Shown here: positions 1-64,000 of the stretch, in pieces
Numbering within the stretch: position 1 is the first letter of the stretch
How the letters are laid out: the number at the start of each line of letters is the position of its first letter
Made by a program: the position numbers and the translations under genes
Assembly: GCF_009914755.1 (NCBI RefSeq)
Contig: NC_060941.1
Length of the DNA: 64,000 nt
Strand: one strand, 5' to 3'
Source: the human T2T-CHM13v2.0 reference genome, Homo sapiens
The notes under the pieces: generated by a model
Databases searched by the model: none
Told to the model about the DNA's origin: nothing
What the model saw: only the letters and a program-made list of their open reading frames with translations

Positions 1-722
1 CTGTTCTGGCCACTGGCACTGGGCCACGGCTGCCTCCAGAACAGAGCAGCCTCTTCATTTCTGAGACCTGCAGACACAACCCCACCTGCCAGCATGCATA
101 GCTGACCGGTCCCTAATGCCACGCCTCATGCTCATGGCTCCTGCTGCCTCTGCAGAAACACTAGTTAACAGTGACCTGGGCTACTCTGGGCACATCTGTG
201 ATCAATGAGAAATCTCATACTGCAGGACGACACCCTCTGAACTCCGTCCTCCCCCTCCTCAGCATCCCCCACCTCTCAATTCCGGTCTCCAGTGAAGGCT
301 GTACTTGGTGCATCTCAGCCTAGCTGTCCCAGCACGCAAGCAAAATGTACGATTCCCTCCTCTCCCTTCCTGAAAGGCCTGTAGACTGACATTAAGCAGG
401 AATTTAAAAAGTCTGAAGCAAGTTTATCCAGTAGATGGCTGGGGGTGCTACTCGCGCTGTCTCTGAGGCCCTCCTTTGCAGACATCATGACCGTAAGGCT
501 TTTGGGGCCAGCATCTTCCCAGTTCCCTGTAGGTCACGAGGGGCCACTTCTCCCACTTCCTGGGGTCAGCACTGTCCTCTGTGGGCTGCAGAGCAGGCAG
601 CTCAAGGCACTTGGTTTGGGAAGCCTGGTCTCCCTGCAAAGCCGGGAGGCATCAAGCTCTAATTGTGGTGACCAGGCCCTCAGTCACAGCTGGGGCCACC
701 AGAACAGAGGGGCCGCCCTCGC
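1..722 (-). other. ERN1: ERN1 3' UTR (partial; continues beyond the left end)
   Basis: Directly follows the stop codon; I saw no canonical AATAAA on the minus strand in this stretch. Confidence 0.9.
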
Positions 723-54963
<54,241 letters not shown>

Positions 54964-57210
54964 CTGCAACGAGATGTAGAAGACTCTTAATGTTGATATG
55001 ATTCTTCACCTTGGGCATGTACAATCACAGACCCCCCACTCCCAAGGTTATCCTACTAAAACCCTCCATTTTACAGATGAAGAAATGGAAGGTGGAGAGC
55101 CTAAATTCCCACTCAGTCAGGACTAGAACCCAGGTCACCTCACTCTAAGCAGTGATCCTGCCTGCAGACAGGCAGGCTCATGACCTAACATTACAAGGAC
55201 AAGAATTCTGAAATAATCCATGGGCAACCTCCACTGAAACAGAGGGGCAAAGTATGCTCAGCTTTCTGACTTCCTTCTCTTGGGCCTATTCTATTCTCTA
55301 AAACCTGGGCATCTCATAAGACGTTATGATAAAAAAGAATGCCAATACCCACGCATACACACATTCATGAAATTTTAAAAAGCAAAGAATTAGGGGAAAA
55401 TGCTTAAAGCAAAATAGGAAAAACAGCTTTCATTATACAAAGAATTTATAAAATAAAACACTAAGATTCCAGTAAAGATATGTTATAAAAGTAAATGAAT
55501 AAAAAGCATAACCCCAAACTGGTCCTCACTTAGAATAAAAATAAAATTTAAATTAAAATGTACCTTTTTTCTCAACAAACTTAAAACAAAACAAAAAAAA
55601 TTTTAAAAGAAATAACCAAAGGCTGTGACATTTCCCATCCATTGCTAGTAGCACTGAAAATTACTAGTATCATCTTTCTGGAAAATATAAAAGTGCTCTT
55701 AGTTTTTGATCCTGTAATTCCACTTCTATACTCTAAAGAAATAACTCCAGAAATGGAAAAAGTTCTGTGCACAATGATACTCATGACGTCCCATTTATAA
55801 ACACAAAAACTGGAAAGAACCAAACTTCCAATAATATCTAAATGGCTAAGATAAATAAAGACATATGTTCAGTGAAATAATTATCATTAAAATAACACTT
55901 GGAAAAATCTACAATATAGAAAAATGCTTATATACATTATCAATTAAATATAGAATCCAAGATTTGATATCCACTGTGGTTACAATTATACTGGACAGAT
56001 TTTTTTTTTTGTCTGCCTGTCTTCTGGCTTTGCTAGGAATTGTACCCTCATTCCACAGGGTTTCCATGGGAGCAGGTGTGTGCGCACATGTACACACGGA
56101 CGCATATGCAGGTGACAGCTGGTAAGGTTTCCTGGATAAGATTTCCCTTTTGAGGTAGGGGTCCCTTCAGCAACCCCACCCTTGTAATGAGATTTTCTCT
56201 TCTTTTGTCACATACTATCCTACAAATAGCTTTTTCCCCAGGTCTTCAATTAAAAAAAAAAATGCCAATGCAACTTGCTTATACTGCAACAGTTTGAATT
56301 CTGGCACAAATGCTATTTTTGAAATACAGAAGTATGGAGCATTAAATGTAAAAGGATTGGGGTTATTTGTGCATGGGAGCCTGATCCCAGAAGGCCCGGC
56401 TACTCTCGGTAAGAGCCAGGATGCCTAGTTAATCCTTCAAAGGGAAGGCCCCACAGGCTCTCTCTGGGGCAGCCTGAGGTGGCAGGACAAATACTCTGGG
56501 GTCCCGTATTCCTTTTCTGTGGTGGAGACCCACCAACGGAGGGAGTGAAACAGCTGCTAGAACTTTGCACATCCCACCTCTTCGCTTTGCCCAGGGCCAG
56601 GGCCTGGGCCCACTCCCTGGAATGGGAGAAAGGACAGTAAGCTGTGTTGCCACCTACCGAGTCTACTCTGTGCAAAGCCTGAAGTCTGAGGAAGAAGAGT
56701 GCTTTTAATTCTACCTCTGGAACTAGGAAATTAATATCAGAGTATAAATCGGCCAGGAAAACATAAGCCTCAAGGGTGGTATCTGCCCTAGCCGGGGATG
56801 CAAAGGTCACTGTTTGGGAGTGGTTAGAATTATTTCAGCCCAGAGGGTCCAGATGGTGACAAGCCACCTGAACCACAGGTACCTGGGCCTGGAGAACTGT
56901 GGCCCTATGACAAGGCCACTGGGAGTTCATGAGTAAACAGGGGCTAAGTGAATTGGGGCTGTCTGCCACTGAGGAGGGGGAATGGGTGTGCAGCTTGGTG
57001 TGGGATGGCTGGATTATGTTAGGTGTGACAGTTTGGAGGATGAATAAATGAAAGGGCAAATTATGCATACCTGGGGCCAAGAAGTGGAAATCCCTGCTGA
57101 GCCCTCCTCCACCCCCCAAAGTTACCACAGGAATAACCACTCTGTACAACAGGTCTTGGGAGGCCACACAAGAAAGTGAGTTAAACTCTGGGTGGCTAAA
57201 GTGGAAATAA

Positions 57211-57529
57211 GGCCAGGCGTGGTGGCTCACACCTGTAATCCCAACATTTTGGGAGGCCAAGGCAGGCGGATCACTTGAGGTCAGGAGTTCGAGACCAGCC
57301 TGGCCAACATGGTGAAAACCCATCTCTACTAAACACACAAAAATTAGCCAGGCATGGTGGCATGTGCCTGTATTCCCAGCTATTCAGAAGGCTGAGGCAG
57401 GAGAATTGCTTGAACCTGGGAGGTAGAGTTTGCAGGGAGGTTACACTGAGCCAAGGTCACACCACTGCACTCTAGCCTGGGTGACAGAGTGAGACTCTGT
57501 CTCAATAAATAAATAAATAAATAAATAAA
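57211..57529 (+). mobile_element. AluS with (TAAA)n tail
   Basis: Alu dimer; TSD approx. aaa.tggaaataa. Confidence 0.9.
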
Positions 57530-57589
57530 ATGGAAATAAAACTTCAGAGAGCTCTGTGAATGTGTTTTCTGCCACATGGAAAAAGCTGA

Positions 57590-57800
57590 ATGAGAAAGAC
57601 ACAGAAACAGAAAGCAGCCTGAGAAGAAACATGACTGAAAGGACTGGGAGAGCCCACCCTGGCTTCCACAGCTCCTCAGGCCCAGCTAAGTTCTTGCCCT
57701 TGGGCTCAGAGACCCTCCAGTCCTTACAATAAATTCCCCTCTTTGCTTAAGCCTGTTAGAATTAGGTTTCTGTCACTTGCAGCCCAAACAGTCCCCACCA
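57590..57800 (+). mobile_element. Old MLT1-like LTR 3' fragment
   Basis: caataaattcccctctttgcttaagcc...ggtttctgtcacttgcagccc. Confidence 0.6.
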
Positions 57801-57844
57801 CACACCCAATGAGGAAAAATGCAGATAGAAAAAGGGAAAAAAAG

Positions 57845-58144
57845 GGCCAGGCGTGGTGACTCATGACTACATGTAATCCCAGCACTTTGGGAGGCCGAGG
57901 CAGGCAGATCACTTGAGGTCAGATGTTCGAGACCAGCCTGGCCAACATGGCGAAACCTCGTCTCTACTAAAAATACAAAAATTAGCCGGGCGTGGTGGTG
58001 GGTGCCTGTAATCCCAGCTACTAGAGACGCTGAGGCAGAAGAAATCACTTGAACCCAGGAGGTGGAGGTTGCAGTGAGCTGAGATCACGCCACTGTACGC
58101 CAGCCTGGGGGATAGAGCGAGGCTCTGTCTCCAAAAAAAAAAGA
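57845..58144 (+). mobile_element. AluS
   Basis: Alu dimer with small insertion near the 5' end; TSD aaagggaaaa. Confidence 0.9.
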
Positions 58145-58718
58145 AAGGGAAAACAATACTGCAAAATTATAGCAATATTTCTTCTTTTCTCATTTTTTAA
58201 ACTTCCAATAATATGATTTGCTAATCTGTAGATTAGCAAATTTTTCACAAAGTAGAAGTTTTCACAAAGTAGAAAGGAGATGGACAAGCTAGCAGGTAGG
58301 AGAGAAGCTTGAATTCGAAGGAGCTTCAGCAAGTGCCTAAGTTCCACATGAAGCACTTTCCACCTCAGGATAGTAGGCAAGTCAACCACCTTTGATCATT
58401 AATCTCCACCAAACAAGGGACCAGAGTTTAGAAACACAGGGGTCTCCCAATAAGAATGTATGCATCCAAGAATAAGAAGAGTTTGCTGTTATTAAAGCCT
58501 ACAGTACAACCATAATGAACTAAGTGCCCCCAAGTATATCTTATCACAGTATTAATATTAAAAAGGGTTAATATTCACCAAAACATATCAGTGCTCCTTT
58601 GCTACTAGTGGAAGCACTAGTGGAAACAAAAGCCACCTGCCTTGTCTGAGCATCTTGGAAGCCACTGGAAGAGCAACATTCTACAATTGGTTTATGGATC
58701 AAAATAAAACACTAATCA

Positions 58719-59033
<315 letters not shown>

Positions 59034-59869
59034 TCACATGACTAATTTAGTCTTGGAAAAATCTCAAAAATACAAAGTTTAGAGAGAAGCTGAATTTGGC
59101 AACTGAGAATTCTGTCAATCACAATGTCTACAGAAATGCCACAAACTATTACAACTGGCAGGTTCTTCTCAAGGCTCTCAACTGTACCAAATCGAAACTC
59201 CTGGGAGCCACTCGGAACAGTGTTATTCTCTCATAAGGCAAACAAAAATGACAAATTTTCTGGCTTTTTCCCCTCTGGCATTTTTAAAAGCATGAACATG
59301 CCTGAGTTCAAATGTAGTTGCTATAGCTAACATGAATTAAACATGTTTCCAGATGCCTTGTGTGATACTGAGCACAGCTGAGAACTATTTGTACCTGAAC
59401 ACTGAAAAACGCTGCTTCACAAAGATGAACTTGTGCCTTGTCTTTGCCCAGCCATTTCAGTCCTCAGTGCTCACTTTTCTCTACAAGCAACATACCCTAC
59501 GGCACACACACTGGTTTCCAGAGAGCCTGAAAATGGAAAGAAAATGTCGAGTCTGCAGATCTGTTTCAAGTTAACAACCATTTGAAATTTGATTCAGTTT
59601 TAAAACTAGTAGTTGGGAGGTTAAAAAAAAAAAGTGGAATATATACTCCTGGCTTTGATGGTGACTTGTAGGAAGTAACCAACAGTAACTGTGGAGGGTG
59701 GGAAGGGTAGTGGCAGGCATCTAGTCTAGCCTAAAACTAAACATCCATTAGCTAATTGGTCCCCACAGACATCAGACTCTGTCCAGCATGTGTCACTCAG
59801 TGGGCTTCAGCAGTATAAGGGTCCTCACTGCAGCCCTACTCAGCTGGACTGCAGCAAGTCTCCCTCCTA

Positions 59870-60319
<450 letters not shown>

Positions 60320-60678
60320 CTATCAACTGCTTATGCAGAGATGATTGAAAGGTACATCACCAACAATTTAATCATTCCCTAATATTGTGAATTCAGCTAA
60401 TTGTTAGGGCTCTTCCATTAATTAACTACTTATATATATTTCAGGTAAGAAAAAAATATTTTCTTAAATGCCTTCTGAAATAACTTCATTTAGAAAAAGT
60501 TTTCAGTAAAGAGAATTATGGACACAGGGGCAGACAGGTGTTCAAACAGCACAAAAACAAATGAAATGGCCTCTAACAAAAAACCACCAGTTTCTAAACT
60601 TGCATTTGGGACTGACTGGTCAGGCAGGGAGGCAAGCTCATCAGTGGCTAGAGAACAACCAGCAAAAAAACCACAGCT

Positions 60679-60994
60679 TCCTGGGCATGGTGACTCACGC
60701 CTGTAATTCCAATACTTTGGGAGGCCCAGGCAGGAGGATTGCTTGAACCCAGGAGTTTCAGGCCAGCCTGTGCAATATAGGGAGACCCCATCTTGACAAA
60801 AAAAAAAAAATTAATTTGCCAGGTGTTGTGGTTTATGTATGTAGTCCCAGCTACTCAGGAAGCCAAGGAGGGAGGATTGCTTGAGCCTGGGAAGCAAAGG
60901 TTGCAGTGAGCCAAGACAGTGCTACTGCACTCTAACCTGAGCAACAGAGCCAGACTCTGTCTCAAAATAAAACAAACAAATAAACAAACAAAAA
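60679..60994 (+). mobile_element. AluJ
   Basis: Diverged dimer with ggaggattgcttga in both arms. Confidence 0.87.
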
Positions 60995-61257
60995 ACACAG
61001 GGCTTGATTTCAGCAGCCTTATCACTGAAGTTTTGGTTTGTTTCCACTTACCACTGCCTTGTTGCCCCCTGCAATGGTAAGTACAGCAGGGAAGACCCTG
61101 CAAGCTCCTCTGAGATTCAGAACGTGTGAAAGCTGAATGTTCCTTATCAGGGGTTTCAGAAATGTTGCTTTTGCCAAAAAAAAAAATGCAGCTTGTCAAT
61201 TTCAGACATACATTTCAAGAACTGATTCCCAGGTTGACTACCTGATAACAAGGGTCA

Positions 61258-61671
<414 letters not shown>

Positions 61672-61840
61672 TTATAATCTCTGCTCCATTTACAAAACTG
61701 GAGCATCTTATCCCTGCAAAAAAAAAGGCGTGTACACACACACACACACAGAAAACCTACGATTGTGAACAAGAGAGTCACACACTTCTCAGGTGGCATG
61801 TAAATGGATCAAGTCCAACCCAACTGTACATCCCTCTCTC

Positions 61841-62115
61841 TTTTTTCTTCTTTTTTCCTGAGATGAGGTCTTTGTCACCCAGGTGGGAGTGCAGTTGAGC
61901 GATCAGAGCTCACTGCAGCCTTGAGGCTCAAGCAATCCTCTCCCCTCAGTCTTCCAAGTAGCTGGGACTACAGGTGTGTGACACCAGCCTGGCCAATTTT
62001 TAAATTTTTTGTAGAGTCGGGAGTTTCACTACATTGACCAGTCTGGTCTTGAACTCCTGGCCTCATGCAATCCTTCCACCTCAGCCTCCTGAGTTGCTGA
62101 GATTACAGGCATAAG
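61841..62115 (-). mobile_element. AluJ
   Basis: Diverged reverse dimer. Confidence 0.85.
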
Positions 62116-62398
62116 CTTAAAAATAATAATAATAAAAAAAAGACTTCAAATAAAAATCTTTTCTATGAATCTTCTTCCCATCACACCTCCACTCCAACAG
62201 ACCAGAAGTTTATATAATCATCTGGCTAATAATAAAAATTTGTTTTAGGAATATCACACCAATGTCTAGAATTTGTTCAGAGGCTGGTTTTTTCTCTGTG
62301 TGTGTGTGTTTTTGTTTGTTTTGCTAATAGTCCTCTGTGTTCATTGGATTACTGTTATATTGCATAATCCCAACTTTAGTTTTATTTATTTAAGGTTA

Positions 62399-62698
<300 letters not shown>

Positions 62699-63433
62699 AA
62701 GAAAACCATTCCTCCAAACTAAAAATACTTACATAATTTGAGCAAGGACAATAGAATATCATACAATACCATGTGTACCTCAGTTCCTGGAACCCGCAAC
62801 CTGCCAACAACAGCCAGGCTGCCTTTTGCAGTGCAGGGTTCCTTGCCAGGACTCAAATCTACTGGATGGTTGGCACAGAGGTAAAGCAATAAATTGGCGT
62901 TAAGGGTTCCTTTTAGTTGGCTACTGAATACATATTACAGTATTAAAGGTAAGACTTGAAACAAGTTATGCAAGTGAGAGAAGGATTATATAAGAAAGAT
63001 TTCCAAGATATTTTGTTTTACTGCCCAGTTAGGACATATGAAATCTTGAGAACAATTAAAAGTGCATGTTGCTAAATGTAGAATAATGATTTCAAGTGGA
63101 TTAGAATGTGCTAAGGAATTAGAGCTTATAATTATTAACCTTGGCAATCATGCTTGGAGGTGGGAAGGGCATGCCACACAGGGGAATGTGCCTATGCCAA
63201 AGCACCTATCAAAAAAAGCAAGATAAGGCTGATCCACCACACATGTGGATGTGGTGAGGGGTGCTGTCTAGATGGATAAGAAAGTAGGGGTTAATAATGA
63301 GTAATGGCAAATAGACTGGATTATTCTGCTGGCTATAACCGGCTGAAAGCCACAGGATGGATCAGCTGATTTTAAGAAATACCAGTAAGACACTTTCTGG
63401 CATGCCATAACAGGACACCAGTCCTACAGGGTT

Positions 63434-63438
<5 letters not shown>

Positions 63439-63492
<54 letters not shown>
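63439..63492 (+). repeat. (CA)27 microsatellite
   Basis: Perfect dinucleotide run. Confidence 0.97.
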
Positions 63493-63493
<1 letters not shown>

Positions 63494-64000
63494 GCTCGCT
63501 GTCTCTTTCTCTCATAGGACACCAGTCCTACAGGGTTTCTTATACACACACACAAGCTCTCTCTCACTCAACCTGTGCAGTAACATCAAAACAACAGGAA
63601 GAAGTACCTCAAAATGGTATTCTATAACACAGACCCTTGAAAGGCACTAAAGGATATTCAAAACAAGGACATCTGTGTCTACAATTCTTCTACTTGCAGC
63701 AATATTATCTGTCTCAGACTATAAACTCAAAGCCTGGGCATTTGTGATTCTCTGCTTTATAAAGGCAGCCAGCAGAGTACCGCTTTCTAATACCATTTCA
63801 TCACATAGTAGGAGACTGTCCGATCATGGCCAAAAAGACATCAAAAATTCACCAAAGCAGTAGAACACTGAAATCAGTGCCCAGTAAGTGCAAAGGTCCA
63901 TGACATAAAACTCTCTCAATGATTAAAGCAAGCCCTCAGAGTAAAAGCCTCACAATGATCAGGAGGGGCTCAACTCTCCGCTCACAAAGGACTATCTTTG

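Overview
This is primate, almost certainly human, genomic DNA covering most of ERN1 (IRE1-alpha, the ER-stress sensor kinase/endoribonuclease) on the minus strand. It contains the distal ~9 kb of intron 1 (54964-64000), coding exons 2-22 and the first 722 nt of the 3' UTR. Exon 1 (promoter and most of the signal peptide) lies beyond the right end. All 21 exons were placed by hand with GT-AG boundaries and [16 protein letters not shown]. They total 2880 nt, which with a 54-nt coding part of exon 1 gives the canonical 977-aa protein. I saw no frameshift or premature stop. The introns are rich in Alu, L1M, L2, MIR, MaLR LTR and DNA-transposon remnants, whose subfamily calls are by eye and approximate. 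I found no new gene or clearly new biological system. The most interesting signals concern RNA processing. (1) The last-exon acceptor has a duplicated triple branch point and a NAGNAG at the RNase active site (K907|K908). (2) The in-frame transmembrane exon 12 has a cryptic upstream acceptor that begins with TGA and is flanked by an exact 19-bp direct repeat. (3) Several premature-termination signals sit in introns 2-3. (4) A T17 tract precedes exon 5. All of these are hypotheses from sequence and need RNA data.
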